In this document: one piece after another, positions 25,083 through 38,830 of the stretch
How positions within the stretch are numbered: position 1 is the first letter of the stretch
How the letters are laid out: every line of letters begins with the position of its first letter
DNA from: Lama glama
Taxonomy: Eukaryota
NCBI GenBank assembly: GCA_028534125.1
Contig: CM052816.1
Coordinates: 87,422,001-87,486,000 of the forward strand
Direction: 5' to 3'
DNA: 64,000 nucleotides
Translations under genes and position numbers: made by a program
Notes under the pieces: generated by a model
Databases searched by the model: none
Seen by the model: only the letters and a program-made list of their open reading frames with translations
Told to the model about the DNA's origin: nothing

Positions 25083-28059
25083 GAGTTGTCAGAGACCTAG
25101 GGAAGTTAAGCAGCACTGTTTTAACAAAGAATATTTCTTGGAGGTGAAAGAAAGCAATAGAAGATGAGAATGAATGGAGGGCAGGATGGTGGGTTGGAGG
25201 GAAGCTGTGATGTATTCACATCGTGTGTAATACACACTATGAAGAAATAGAACCATTTGTTAGAAAAACTAGGATAGAACAAATTCTCCCAGTAGAATAG
25301 AGCTGAGCAGGACTGTGAGAGGAGAGAGAGATGCCAGGGCTGGACTCTGCAGTGGGTGTGAATGGCTGCCTTTACAGTGTATTCTTGCAGCCTCACCAGG
25401 ACAGCACGTCTAGTCTAACTGAAAATATAACTTTAATGGGAACAAACTGCTATTTGCCGAAGGTCTTTGATTCTGGTCTAGTTTTCTGATATTCAAAAGG
25501 CATTATTGAACGTCTCCTACTCTTTGCTGCAGTTTGAGTTTTATGTTCTATTTTTAAGCACAACCCACATACTACACAATTCTTCCATTTTTCATTCTTC
25601 AATACCTTTCACTTTCCACGGTCCACAAAATCTATTTCAGGGTTTACTTGGAACATAACTAGCTGCATGCCTGCCATGAATTTGAGATGAACAGTTCTAA
25701 AATTTAAGAATGCCAAATATGTGCTTTCTGATTTCTTTTATACATGAATTATGATATCGGCAATACAATTTTGCATATTTTAGAATACATGGCTGATATA
25801 CTAGACTTAGAAGGAAGTTGTTAAGCATAATATATGGTAGTATCTTCTCAGGAGATCGTAAGTTTATTAAGAGCATATTACTTAAAGGTATATGTAAAAC
25901 ATTGCACAAGGACTTCTGGTTAATGTTATTAGAATTAAAATAAATTTTTGCCACTTAACAGAATGCTGGAACATACATAATTTTCTAAAACAATGTATAA
26001 ATAGTAATGTTAAAATGAATATTTTATTGGCTATTTGAAACTCATTAGATTAATACTCAGCATTTTTGGATTTTTAATACAATTTTTAGGAATAAACATA
26101 TAGACATTCCTCTAATATCAAGAAATCCTTAAAATTAAGGATTAACACATAACACAAGTTACTGTGTATGTATTTGTTTAAATTCAACTACAAAATTTAT
26201 TAAAATTTATGTTCATTTAGAATAGGGTTGTGACTTTTGTATTTATGTTTCTGTGTGTTGTATGCTATGGTGTATTATTTTTATAACTACAAAACATCAT
26301 AATTATGGTAAAGAAGACGGATGCTTGCTACTTAAAAATAAAGTTTTTCAGGTTATTAGCAGGCATCACAGAATTGACAGAAGTATTTGATGAAATTTTG
26401 ACCAATTCATATCTTTTATTATTCTTATTCCCTATAGGGTTGGTGAATGTTAGCCCAGTCCTTGAAAGTTTTCTGCCAATGAATGGCTTCAACAGACTTC
26501 AGTAGTTCACATGAAATTGGTGGTGCTAGCCATGTCCTGTAACACAGTGATCATGGTAACGCTTAATAAACTATGTATCATATAGTCATACTGACACTGT
26601 AAGTAGGTCCTGAATTATATCATCACATGTGTGCATGAGTAAATTAACTGAAAACATTTGGAGAAAAATGAAAGGTTTGCTCTTAATTCCAAGCTATTTG
26701 TTTGCTGTCTAATATGTTATTTTGTAATTTTTACAAATTAACCTTTTGATTATTATGACTTACGGATGTTACCTCACTGTAATAATGCCTTGGACTTCTT
26801 AACGACATCAAACACTTTATGTTTTGCAGTCCCCATAGATGAGTCAAATGATCATTGGCATGATCAGAACTAAGGATTTAGGTTGAAATTATGACACACA
26901 GGTTTTATACTCTTCCCAGTGAAGGATATTGAAAGTCAAGACTGAATTTAGATGTTTGACTAGAGTGAAAATAGACTAGCTAAATAATCAAATCAGTGTA
27001 TCTCATTATAGAAACTCAATGATACATATAAAACTATAGTTAAAATGTTACTGGCAAATATTTGCAATCTGTATTTTTATAATTAACAAATGTCTTAATC
27101 AATATTTCATGTAACTGCAATATTTGTGAGTCAGATTATTGAAATGTTTATTTTGAGAATATAGGTGAGATCATTTGAAGGAAATATTTGGTCCATCAAA
27201 CTTAGTTACATCATTTTATTTTCAAAGATTGTAAGTAGAAAATAAGTAGGCTTATTATGTCTAATAATGGTAGGTTTCTAATGTGAATAAAATACATTTG
27301 GAAACCTGAGCAGAAATACTGTAACCAGTAGTAGCATTGTCTTTGTATACAGCCACCACAGGGAGAGGCTATTGAGAAGTAAGGGAAGGTCAATTTAGAT
27401 GTGATAGAGTTAGACAAGTTTAGTTTGAAAAGAGAACTCATATTCTGGGTCAGAATATTGAGCAGGCAGAAGGAAATAAATTATTAAAATCTGTTTTGCA
27501 AAGTTTCTTTTCAGAGGAATCATTAATCATATCTGTTCCTTACCTATTTATGTAGCAAATACTTAGAGACATGCTTGACTTTTATATTAGTTTGCAGTTG
27601 CAAAAGAAAACCCTCCACCAAGATATCCATGGATTGACAGGATAGAAACTTACCGTTGACTCCAACTGTGGGTCGGGTGGCGCCAAATGAGTCTACTCAG
27701 GGACTCAGGCTGAAGAAGGCTCTGCTGTAGCTGTATTAGCTAAAACTGTGTCAGGTTATTGTCTTGAGCCACATCTAATCAATGCTTAAAATGTCTGAAA
27801 AATGATTATGTTAATATACCTGTTTTGCTTGGAAGCAGGGAGACGGTCTTACTCCATAGTAGCTATATTGACTTAATCATCCAAGAAACGTAGATGCTCT
27901 GCTCCTGGTTCATGTCAAAACTGACAAATTGATCTTTCTTGGACTATTTGTTAAATATTCCCGTCTGCTTTTTCAGCCTCACTGACGAGGCGAGCTCTCT
28001 GCACTTAAGAAATCTAGCTGTAATAAAGGTTTCAGAAAGGAATTCTGCAGTCCAGGCAG

Positions 28060-28205
28060 AGGTAAACCTATGAGCTGTCTGGACAAGCCCTTGGTTTGAA
28101 TCCTGTCAGGATGACTTCCTCGTGGTGGGCTGGTGAACCTCCCTAAGGCTTCATTTCTTCTTCTGTTAATTAGAGATGGTAACACAACCACCCGTCACAA
28201 AGCAG
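28060..28205 (+). mobile_element. MIR SINE fragment
   Basis: cttggtttgaatcctg...aacctccctaaggcttcatttcttcttctgttaattagagatggtaac. Confidence 0.7.
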
Positions 28206-28379
28206 TAACATTCAATTTCATTCAAGTTTCCCAACTTGAAGGAAATTTTAATATAAGGAAGTAGCTTTCAAGTAATGTTAGCAAGGAATTAAAATTGAAA
28301 TTTACTTGTGGAGGTGTGGTGCTGAAGATGAAGATGATTTTATTCCATAAGGAAGGTTTTTGGTAAGATCAGGTTAAAA

Positions 28380-28790
28380 TCTTTGAATTCATACTTATAG
28401 CATTGGCCTTCCTCCTACTGTATGCTCTGGCCATACAGGACTGTTCTCAAGTGCTTTAACCCCTTCTGTAATCTGCATATCTTCCCCCACCCTCCCAAAC
28501 CTGGAATATAGTTTGCTTCTTCCCTAACATTATAACCCAACTAATTTCCTTTTGCTCTTTGATGGCACAGGTTATTCAGGTTCTCTCTCCAGCAGGACGT
28601 CTCCATGTATTCTGTCTCATCGATCTCCTTCTTTTCCCTCTTCTAATCTTCATCATTCTTAATTGTGATGCTTGTTGAAATTTTTATCTCCTCTATTACA
28701 ATTTACAGAAAGGGAAAGACTCCATCAGTCAAATTCATTGTTGCATTGCTAGTTTCTATGCTGAAAACTCTTACATAATTGACACTCGGG
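28380..28790 (+). mobile_element. L2 fragment
   Basis: tatgctctggccatacaggactgttctcaagtgc...cctggaatatagtttgc...ttttatctcctctattac. Confidence 0.55.
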
Positions 28791-30074
28791 TATAGGAGAG
28801 TGGTGAAAGGAAGAACAATCTATTTAACTTCTGCATTACTAATTCTTCTCAAACTTCGCCACTGATTAAGAAGTTGACACTGTGCAGCCAGCTTCCCTTG
28901 TGAAGAGTTCTGTGTTGGTCTCTCCGGGCTAAAGCGGAAGTTGAATGTGATTCTCACCCACTTATTTCAGGATCTGATGCCAACCTTTCTCTGCTTGGTT
29001 TTCACTTTTTCCTCCCTAAGCAAAAGTCAGACCCTCTCCTCTATGCCAAAAGTGTTAGGTGTGCAGTTAATATTTTCTGGTATGTTTGACACTTCTAATA
29101 TTTTATTTCTATAATGCTTTTTTTTTTCTCTCCTAAGAGATTTTCTTTCTGTCTGGCAGAAAATCATGTATAATTTGTAGGAGATTTTTATATTATCTTT
29201 AGACTAAACTGTCATTATATCAATACCTCTTTTTATACATAAAATTTATTATATTCATGTATTTAAATGATCTACTAATTGTTGTGAGCAGTGTGTTTTT
29301 AAATAAGACAAAACAAACACTACATCTCTGTAGGTACACCAGGTGAAAAAAAAATCTGGGGAGAGCCTCAGGCGCTAAATCACAGCAATAACCACAATAA
29401 ACCAAATATTTGCTGAAAAGATTTTGCTTAGCTATGAATAAAACTAAATGAACTTTAGATTTTTTTTCTTTTTTGCAGCTTATATTTTCCTGATGTTGTT
29501 ATTCCTTAAGACTAGCTTGATTTCATATCTAGTGAGTTAAGCAATTATTTGTTTAAAAAAGTCTCAATTAATAAATGCACCTGAATTTGTCCTGTAAATG
29601 TCAAAGCAGAGATACTGATAATCCTATGAATCTTTCTGTAATTTTCTTATCTTTATCTTATCCTAAATGATTGGAATAGCAAGCACTGAATTCTTAGTAA
29701 TGGTTTATCTGTTTAATATGTACTTATTGTGAAAATTCAATTTAGATTTAAATTGTCTTGGTGAGATAGGCAAAACATTTCAATGTGTTGCTAAAACATA
29801 TGTTTATTTTTGGCATTCCAGCTTGACTGATGGGGTGATCTCTGGGTAGATCTCCATCTGGTACTCTCTGTGGGCCAAACACTTATAATATTTAATGTAC
29901 TTAGATTATATAAGGAATAAAATGTTTTCATTCCCAGGCATAACTTTATTTTTAATGGCCAAATAACAAATACTCAAGCAATACTTCAGGCCTCTGCAGA
30001 CAGTTTTTTAAATGCGGAACAAGGGCTTTTGTCGAACATATGTATAATGTGGGAGTGTGGGATTCTGACACCGA

Positions 30075-30623
30075 ATTTATGGTCTTTTGCTCCTTAACAG
30101 TATCACCACAGGTTTAAAAGCTTAAAATAACACACATGTGGTGTCTCACAGTCTCTGTGGTTCAGGAGTTAGGGCAAGGCTTGGAGGGGTCCTCTGTTCC
30201 AGGGTCTAATAAAACTTCAATTTGGTTACTGGTTGGGGCTTCAGTCTCATCTGAGGCTCAGCTGGGGAAGGATCCAATTCTAAGCTCCCGTGGTTGTTAG
30301 CAGCATTTAATTTCTAGAGGGGACTTTGTGCTTGGGCCTCAGCGTCTTGTAGTTGAGAGGTTGGCCAGAGTTTGCTCTCAGTACCTTGCCACAGGGGCCA
30401 TCCCAACATGCCTTTTTGTCTCCTAAAGAGCAACAAGGGAAAGTGAATCTCCTTAGGAAGATGGGTTGCAATCTTATATAACATTTTCAGAGAAATGAGA
30501 TCCCATTGCCTTGGTTGTATTCTGTTGGTTAATAGGAAGTCAGCTTCTTCAGAGAAGAGATCACCAAAGATGTGAACACCAGGAGGCAGAGACCGTGGTG
30601 ACCACTTTAGTGTTTCTCCACCA
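30075..30623 (-). mobile_element. MaLR solo LTR (MLT1E/F-like)
   Basis: gcttaaaataacacac...tctcacagtctctgtggttcaggagt...gtctcatctgaggctcagctggggaaggatcc...gtgaacaccaggaggcag. Confidence 0.85.
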
Positions 30624-31520
30624 TGGAGATAGAGAGGTACATTTCCAAGGTGGTAAACATAGGAAGAAAGAGCAACTCTTTATAGTACAGGTTCTAAAAG
30701 GTAGGTGTCAGCTGTTTCAAGACAGAACAGTTATTGTTAAACTCCAGTAATTATGCAGCTGTCTCACAATACTTGCACTTCACCTTCTGGCCATAGTGAA
30801 AAACTGGAATCTATCCATGTTACAACACTGCTAGTTGTCCTTTGTCATGAAGACCAATAATTGTCCCGGATCTCCCAGGCTGTGGAACCAACAGCTTCTT
30901 TTCCTCATATCCTACCAGCTCTGTTTACTCATTTACAATTTACAAAATAATTTTTCACTAAGATATGAGCTCTTTCTCTTGATCTTAATATTTTTGCTGG
31001 GTTTTCTTCTGACTTTATAAGAAAAATTTGGTTCCTGAATCACTATCTTCCTCAGGGCACCTAAACACATCCCCAGCTCGGTGAGCTCAGGAGCCTGGTG
31101 GTAACTCCTCGCCCTGCTCCTCTGTCTCAAGTTCCCTCTCCTCACGTTTCTCTCACAGTCCCCTTTCTCAGTCTCCTCAGCCACACACATCTATGGACTG
31201 CCAGTTGTTATCTTCGCTCTGTTTTGTTCAACTCCCTCTAGTCACAAATTATTTCTGACTTCACTTATGGCTACATTCTCTTTGAAACAGTGACATCTGA
31301 ATTCTACTATTTGACCATAAATTTTAACTATTTAACTGTTCCAGTTTTTTTCCTCCCCACATCCCTCTGCGTCTGTTTCTCAGCTTTAGGCAAACTTCTT
31401 GTTCTTTGACTCCTCTTTACTGTACTTTTCTCACACTCCATGAGGTTTTACTAGGATTACAGAAACTCACTGTGGACCTCACTACTTTCCTTGCCCAAAG
31501 CAGACACTAGCACCTACTGG

Positions 31521-31720
31521 CTGGGCAAGCTTTAAAGTGTACAACTGGTGTGGTTACACAGGGCTTCCCTTCAAAGGCCCAGCACTTGGTTTAATGCTCT
31601 GCTGTCTCATTTCAAAATTCTTAATAATCTTGTCTTTGAATCTGATCTTTATCAGTAGTACCCAGTGGAACAGTGGCATGTGCATTCACAGAGGAGATGT
31701 GTTTGGTGTTACTGCCTGTG
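31521..31720 (+). mobile_element. hAT-Tip100 DNA transposon fragment, MER45-like
   Basis: acacagggc...gcacttggtttaatgctctgctgtc...aaattcttaataat...tctttgaa matches the MER45 left end; right boundary uncertain. Confidence 0.75.
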
Positions 31721-31957
31721 CATGTGGAGTCAGGCTCAATGACCAAATGTTAGGCCTTTCCTGTCACGAAAAATGAGGGTTCCATCTAAACCTTATGCTA
31801 CTATCTAACAGCATCTAACAATGTGTAATTTACAAAGATGTCCTAGTTTCATGCCTCCATAAATATATATACCCTATTCCATAGAAAATTATCTTTTATC
31901 CTGGTGAAACCGGAGTTCACCTGAGACACTTATTTCTTAAAATTCCAGCCCAACAAA

Positions 31958-32395
31958 AGTGGTAGCTTGAGATGGATACTTTCTGTTTGCCTCTTGAGAG
32001 CCACTTTCTACTTTTCTTTGTCTTCCTTTTCTATTCCAGAAGGCTGACCTCTATGGATCCCTTCACTATCTTCTCTGGCCTCTTATCTTCTCACTGAGTA
32101 TGACCAGGGAGAGCCCTGACAATAGATCAGAGTTTTCCTTTCTGTGGAAGTCACTGGCCTTATCCGAGTGGCTGTTACATAATTCCCCTTGTCTGGGTTT
32201 TCTTAACTTCTCTCTCTTCTAATAGCCTCCAACTTGTGACAGTCCTGCTTCTACTAACCCCAGGATCCTGTACTGTCTAATGTGATAACTCAGTACCCAC
32301 ATCTGGGTAAAGCAGTTCCCTTTAAGGTACACATTCCTCAATTTACATAAAAATAGTGAAAACATTTCCCCCCTTTTCAGGCCAGGCCTGACATC
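31958..32395 (+). mobile_element. ERVL solo LTR, LTR33-like
   Basis: ccagaaggctgacctctatgga...agccctgacaatagatcagag...ctactaaccccagg...gtaaagcagttccctt...cctgaca. Confidence 0.65.
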
Positions 32396-34789
32396 CTTCA
32401 TCCCCATCAGGTAAGAGTGATCACTTCCACCTTTGTTCTGGATGGAGTTCTTCACACATGCCTCTGTTTTATTACCAAGCAAATGATTGTAATATACCGT
32501 GGTAACAATAGTGGTATAGCTAGCAATCCCCCAGCTCAAAATGAAACTCCTCTGCTGATTCTGATCTCATCTAGTCTGAATCCTGTGTTTTCCCTTTCTG
32601 CTCCCAATACCCATACTGGGTGCCTTTGACCCAGGATGTAGGTTTATGGGAATTTCCAAGTGACCAAGAACATTGGATGGCAAATTGATTGCTGTGAAAT
32701 CTCAGGACCATTCCCTTCTGCTTTTCTATCCTCTGTATGTAAAGAATCTCTTCCTTCTCCTAATTTTTGGACTTTATCACTTTTTTAACAATTTAATGTG
32801 TTAACTTTTGGCTGTGCTTAAATATTTACTGAGAAAAAGATACTAAAATGATTATCAGAAATACTTCTCATCACTAAAGTCCAGAGCTTGTCCTAAAAGC
32901 TACTATTTCCCTTTGGGTTTCAGCATTTTGTTGGCCTCCTGCTGTCTCTGAGTAAATGAAAGCTCATGATTTAGGAAATTCAAACCTCATTGATTCATCA
33001 ACTAAACATACAGGAGCATGATCTATATAGTGTTTTGAAATAGCCACTATAAGCAATATGAATATTCAATCATTTTTTTTCAATGTGAGTTTTATAATAC
33101 CAAAACAACATGTAACCGTATAAAGTTTAAAGTAAGAGAATTATTCTTTGTGCTTTCATATTGGCATGTTTACCTTGATAAATTTTTCTCAGATCATTTT
33201 AACATCTAACATCTTAATGAGTAGATATGTCATTGCTAATTTTATAGAAATATTTTTGGTCACTATTCTGTTAAAAGGAACTAAGTAATTAAAATATCTG
33301 AAAGCATATTTTCAGCTGTTAAAAAAAAAAACAACAACTTGTATTTTCTCAAATGTCAGAATCAATCCCTCTCAAAGAACAGGGTTAACCTTCCACAGTT
33401 TTTAAGCAAGTGATTCCCTATAGCATTTTCTTTTGATCAGAGTAGAGCCATGGATTCTAAATTTTGGTTTGCTGAATAAATCATTTTTTTTTAGTTTTTT
33501 CTTTTAAATATTAGTATTTTTATCCACATCAGTCTTCCTGTATCCAACTTTGCTTAATGTTTTATTTAGGCTTAGCACAGAATTCATGAATATGTATTTT
33601 TCTAAAATATATATCTATATAAACACATTTATTTAAATTATTTTATTCAAGGGATGTGAATATTACTCCTATACATATATTTCTTTCTAGAATATGTCCT
33701 TTGTAAGATCCCCTTATTTTACATTTTTACATTGGAGGACATGGTTAGGCTTGACAGAGAATAAACACAGAATTATTCCATATTCAGAAGTCAAAATATT
33801 CTTGTGTCTGGGGTCACACAACTGACTCCTGTAACAGAAAAAGGTATACTTGTAGCAGCCCCCTCAAAAAAGTAACTGACAACTTACATGCCTTCAGGTA
33901 TAAAATACTCAAATTTCCTAAATGTATTTAAATGGCTGTACTTCAAATTAAGGTTAATTCAGTCTCAAAAACTAAATGACACCACTGTATGTTCCTCAGA
34001 TTTTTTTTTAAACAGAGTTTTGTTGCCATCAGATGGATTTGAAGAAATTATCCTACATTATTGTTCAGACATTTTTGGTCTTTTATTTCTTAGTGCGACT
34101 ACTTGCTTCAAGTAAATTGGCAAAGCTAATGCATTCCTTATTTGTCTCAACCAGGAGGTGAATATTTTGTGAAGATCTGCATGTTAGTATATCTACAGAA
34201 GTTTATGATATTTATAACAAAGTAACTAAATTACGGGCTGTTCTCTTTATTCCTAGTTCCATTACATGTAATAATAAAATATAGTATTCTAACACAAGCC
34301 TCTTGCTTTTAAAGTAAGTCCATTAAAATCTCATTTAACTCTATTTTTTAATGTTCAACAAAGTGAGCCTTTTAAAACCTCTGTAGAAGAATCATAAGGA
34401 TATCATTCACCTTTCTTACTCATCAAGCATGATTTGAATCCATTATAGCATGTAATAAGGTAGTTTGTAAAGCAGACAGTTTAATCTCTAAAGTATCGTT
34501 TACCTCTGCTTTAAATGACTGTATTGTGTTTACTAGACTGTTCAGTATTGAACAGGGAAACGCATAGAGTAGATAGCCTGAACGTAATTAATTCTTATGT
34601 AAGTGAACTCTTCATGTAGATAATGTGAAGCACTCCAAACAATTGTATGGAGTCTTTTATCTAATTCAGTTATTTGAAATCGTATTATGGATACACAGTG
34701 AAACAGAATTTTTCACCTATTATGGTTTAAATATTTGCATCAAGGAAGAAAATTCCTCCATTATTATTTCTTACATTGGAGATTTATTT

Positions 34790-35420
34790 AATTGGATGTG
34801 TTATAACATAACTGCGAAAAGGATGTAATAATCTATAGTGCATATAAAATGCTCACAAATTAACCAACCATATGTGAAAAAGACATGTTAAAGATAGAAA
34901 TTCAACAAAACTATTTAAACTTTTGTCATGCCATTTCTCATTGCATTCTAGCTTCTCTCCTGTAGATGTAGTTAATATTTGGATTTTTAAATAATCTCCT
35001 TTGGTGTTTATTTCATTGTTAAGTTACATTATGTAACCTTCAGTACATTTTTGTGTAAATGGAATCATTCTGCAAATAATATGATTATGAGGGCAACTGC
35101 ATTGGTGCATAAAGCTATAGTACATTCAATTTCATATGGTGTAGTACAGTATTATATAAATATTATTTCATTTACCTGCTGTTCCATCAATTTATATTTG
35201 ATATATTTCCTTTTGTTCTATTAATGTAATGCTATGGAACAGTGCAAAGATTGTCTAGAAATGGACATTGTTACTTCATGGATTTGTACATTTTAAAATG
35301 TGTCAGATAATCTGAAATTGTATTTCCAAGTTGTTACAGCCTTTTTCATCCCCCTCAGCAGTGTACAGCATACTGCTTCATATTCCTGCCCATACTCGAT
35401 AGTTCTAACTGCTTCTAGGT
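34790..35420 (-). mobile_element. Old L1ME-type 3' fragment
   Basis: gtaaatggaatcattctgca; aaattgtatttccaagttgttacag...cagcagtgtac. Confidence 0.6.
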
Positions 35421-35573
35421 GACCTTGTTATGTCTGTATTATATAAAAAAAAAAAAAAAAAGAACAAGATGGAAAGAAACCACACTTACTTTGCCACAAG
35501 TTAAATTTCAGTGGCTTATACAATAGTCTATGTGCAATTTCATGATTATGATAGTGTTTAATTTTATTATATC

Positions 35574-35892
35574 TGTGAGCTTTATGTGTCAACTTGGTTA
35601 GGCTATAATACCCAATTGTTTAATTAATCATAAATCTTATTGTTTCTGTGAAGGCGTTTTGTGAATGTAGTTAACATCTGTAATCAGTTGATTTAAGTTA
35701 AGAAGATTACCCTTGATAATGTGTGTGGCCCTTATCCAGTTGAGTTGAAAGTCTTTAGAAAAATAGGTTTCACAAAGAAGAAATTCTATCTCAAGACTGT
35801 AACATCAAATCTAACCTAAGGTTTCAGTCTGCCAGCCTGCCCTATAAATTGGATTTCTCTCTGCGTTTTCCTCTGTTCTTCTCTTCTCTCTC

Positions 35893-35931
<39 letters not shown>

Positions 35932-35960
35932 TCTCATACACACACAGCTTTGTCTTCTTT
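35574..35960 (+). mobile_element. ERVL LTR, MLT2-like, ending in a (CT)n tract (~35898-35935)
   Basis: tttatgtgtcaacttggttaggcta...ctgtgaaggcgttttgtg...agattacccttgataatgtgtgtggcccttatccag...ctgccagcctgccctataaatt. Confidence 0.88.
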
Positions 35961-36425
35961 TCTACAAAAGAAAAATAGGTTTAGGGAACAAACTTTGGAG
36001 CATTATTAATATAGGTGTAGAGAAAAAATATTGCACAGAGGAAAAATACGTGTCCAAATTCAAATGTAGAATTTATAAAATATTTCTCAGTCTTTACTAT
36101 AGTTATTTTGTTTCCCGATTACTGTCATCTGAATATCCAAAACAAGAAACTAAATCTTTCTGAAATAGGATGAATTTAAATCAAGTCATATAAACCTCAA
36201 CATTTAGAGATACACACTTTTACTTTCCTATGCTTGAATACATTTCTTCATTGTTCAGAATATGCAAGCAATTCTTTCATTTCTATTTAAAAAAAAACTT
36301 AAAAGATTGCCCGGTTATTTTTTCTGTAAAAAGAAAGCATAAGGACTGATAATAACTTGAATAACTCTCAAAAAATCATAAGATTTATGTCTTATCAAAA
36401 GCATTTGCCAAAAAAATACTCTGCT

Positions 36426-36832
36426 ATTGGGTAGTAACCCTACAGTAACTATAGACTTCCACCCCAAATTTGATTTGGATGGTTAAGACCAATGACACCA
36501 CACACTCACACACACCACAAGGGGTTGGAGATTTATCACTCACATTAAAAGACTTTGGGGAGAGCTAGGAGACTCCCAAGCACCTCCAACCTGGTATGAG
36601 AGAGCAGAGCAATGAGACAGGCATGGATCTTTTATGGTGGTCAAGAACTGTGGCCGCAGTGTGGTTTATCTTGTGTGCTTTGAATTTCCATCTAATGCTA
36701 ATGGAGCATCTGAGCTTTCTTATCAGCTTTTCCAGGTGTGGGGCAGACAGGGAAGAGGCAAGGATGAGGCTTAGAAGCTCTCAACAATCAAACATTAAAA
36801 TTCAAATTGAAAAAATTGTGCTCTTTATTACA
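36426..36832 (-). mobile_element. ERVL-type solo LTR, LTR47-like
   Basis: Reverse strand begins tgtaataaagag...; internal gctttcttatcagctt...ccaggtgtggggcag and ccaccccaaatttg. Confidence 0.65.
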
Positions 36833-37075
36833 TATGTGGTGTAGGACGTAAGTATAGGGTGAAGCCAATGTCATTGATTTCAAAGGGGTCTTCACTATCA
36901 ATAATGCGTTTAGTCTTAGTTACTCTGGAATAATTGCATTAGTAAAAAAGAGAAGAAAGTCCTTATCAAGTTTTTAGAAATGTTACTGAACTTAAGATGC
37001 ACATTTCTATCATCAGTAGGCCATTCACATTCTCAAGCCAGGTGTAAAAGAGTAAAATTTTACAAATTGATTCTT

Positions 37076-37263
37076 CTTTTTTTTTTTTTCCCATCTACAT
37101 ATCGTCTGTGGATGCTTTCTCTTTTATTTTCTTTACTGAAGTGCACTCAGTTACAATGTGTCAGTCTCTGGAGTACAGCACAATGTCCCAGTCATGCATA
37201 TACATACATATATTCGTTTTTCATGAAAGGTTATTACAAGAAGGGTCAAAAAAGAGTACTCAC
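37076..37263 (-). mobile_element. Very short young camelid-type L1 3' insertion with an extra 3' tag and candidate TSD
   Basis: tttactgaagtgcactcagttacaatgtgtcagtctctggagtacagcacaatgtcccagtcatgcatatac is homologous to the 3' ends at ~15620 and ~42115; T-run 37077-37089; attgattctt at 37066-37075 and 37264-37273. Confidence 0.85.
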
Positions 37264-37699
37264 ATTGATTCTTTAGATAAAATGGTGACTTTCTGTTACT
37301 GGAAATGTACACTAATAACTTGGCATGATGCCTGATTGAAGCATCTATAAATGCAGTCATTTAATGCAAAATAATATTTTGAGTGCAGAGAGGAACTTGA
37401 CAGATGGAAAACACTTCCTCCTGTTAATAGAATCCATTTAGGGTGATAAGGGGGAAAGCTGATGATAAACTTTTCTGTAGCCTGGAGTTGGAAAGAAATG
37501 CTGATCTTTGGAACCTAGAGGCTTTGGATTTAATACCCACTTAAGGCCAAGACCTGGGATCTTTTTGATAAGTTTCCACTTCACGTAATTCATAAAGTTG
37601 TAGCCTAGAAGCAGTTGACTAGTTAAATAAAACCATAGATTAGAAATCGATTTTTAGAAGTACCCATATGAAGTTCCAAACTCTTTGCTCTCTATAGGC

Positions 37700-38830
37700 T
37701 CTGCTTAGAGAGAGAAAAAAAAAAAAAAGTCTAAGAACTCAGACCACAGATTTTTGTCTATCGTGTGTTTGAGATCCTAATTAATTTACACTACTTACCT
37801 GGTCTGGTAACCACCAAGATGAGACATTAGCACAACACTTATCTGGAATTGATTTATGTTTCTGCAGTGCCTGGTATAAGCCAATGGAATGGCACTCTGA
37901 AAACACAAGCCTCGCCCTGTTATCCAGAGTTGCCTCTGGAATAAATCTGTGTAAATACTGCCTCACAATTCAAGATGGCAAGCACAAGAGGATAGGAGAA
38001 AATATATTATGATGACTGAGGGTCCATGACCCAATAAACTTTAATAATCTAATAACTTATGATAATAGTTATTGATATTAATAGTGTTTGAAACAATTAC
38101 AAATACTTTGAAATTAGAATTTAATATTCAGTTTGACTAGCGCACATAGACATAGTTGAAGGCTATCAGTGAATTAGAAAAAAATAATTCTAGAAAATGA
38201 CAGGCCACACAGTCTAGCAAGATTAAGACCTGGAAAATAAAAGGAATATTAAGGATAGATTAAATGGTATACGTATATTTACCAGAAATTTCAGAATGAA
38301 AATTTCCAAGGAAATGAGAGAAAGGTAGAACAGATAGAATAAATGAATGAAAATTTCTTCAAAATTGATTTTTAAAATGGCCCAAGCAGAGTGAATTAAA
38401 GTAAATCCATGTCTAAACTTTATAATGAGACTGCAGAGGAACAAAGAAGGTCCCAGAAAAGCAAGTAATAAACAATAAACAATATACCGAGAATGACCAT
38501 GAGAATGACAGCAGGATTCTCAACAGCAGCGATTGTGGCAGAAGGCGATGTAAACTATTTTCAGAATCTGAAAAGTACTTGTCAAAGATACTTGCATTCA
38601 TACATAAATAATTCTTAAAAGTAGAGAGTGAAATAATTTTCAAAAATCAAGTTCTGAGAGAAATCTTGATTGATACCCAGTAAAAAAAAAAGTGTAAAAG
38701 TAGGCTCCAGCATTATAAAAAATAAATCCTGAAGAAAGGATAAAAGATTCAAGATGGTTTAGTGAGCAAAGCTGCTAAACACATTGTAAATCTAAACAGA
38801 CGATGGAGCTTTAAAACAACAATAGAATTA
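37700..38830 (+). mobile_element. Ancient L1/HAL1 ORF1-region fragment
   Basis: Purine-rich ORF1-like motifs: tcagtgaattagaa, gaaaatttcttcaaaattga, aatgacagcaggattctcaacagca, tattttcagaatctgaaa; boundaries approximate. Confidence 0.6.

Noticed and set aside
25385..25410. REST/RE1-like motif (cagcctcaccaggacagcacg); also cagcaccatgga at ~61515
   Set aside because: Each matches only one half-site well, with wrong spacing or a poor second half.
35445..35461. A17 run (also T17 at 14127-14143) as a processed pseudogene tail
   Set aside because: No convincing TSD or adjacent mRNA-like sequence.
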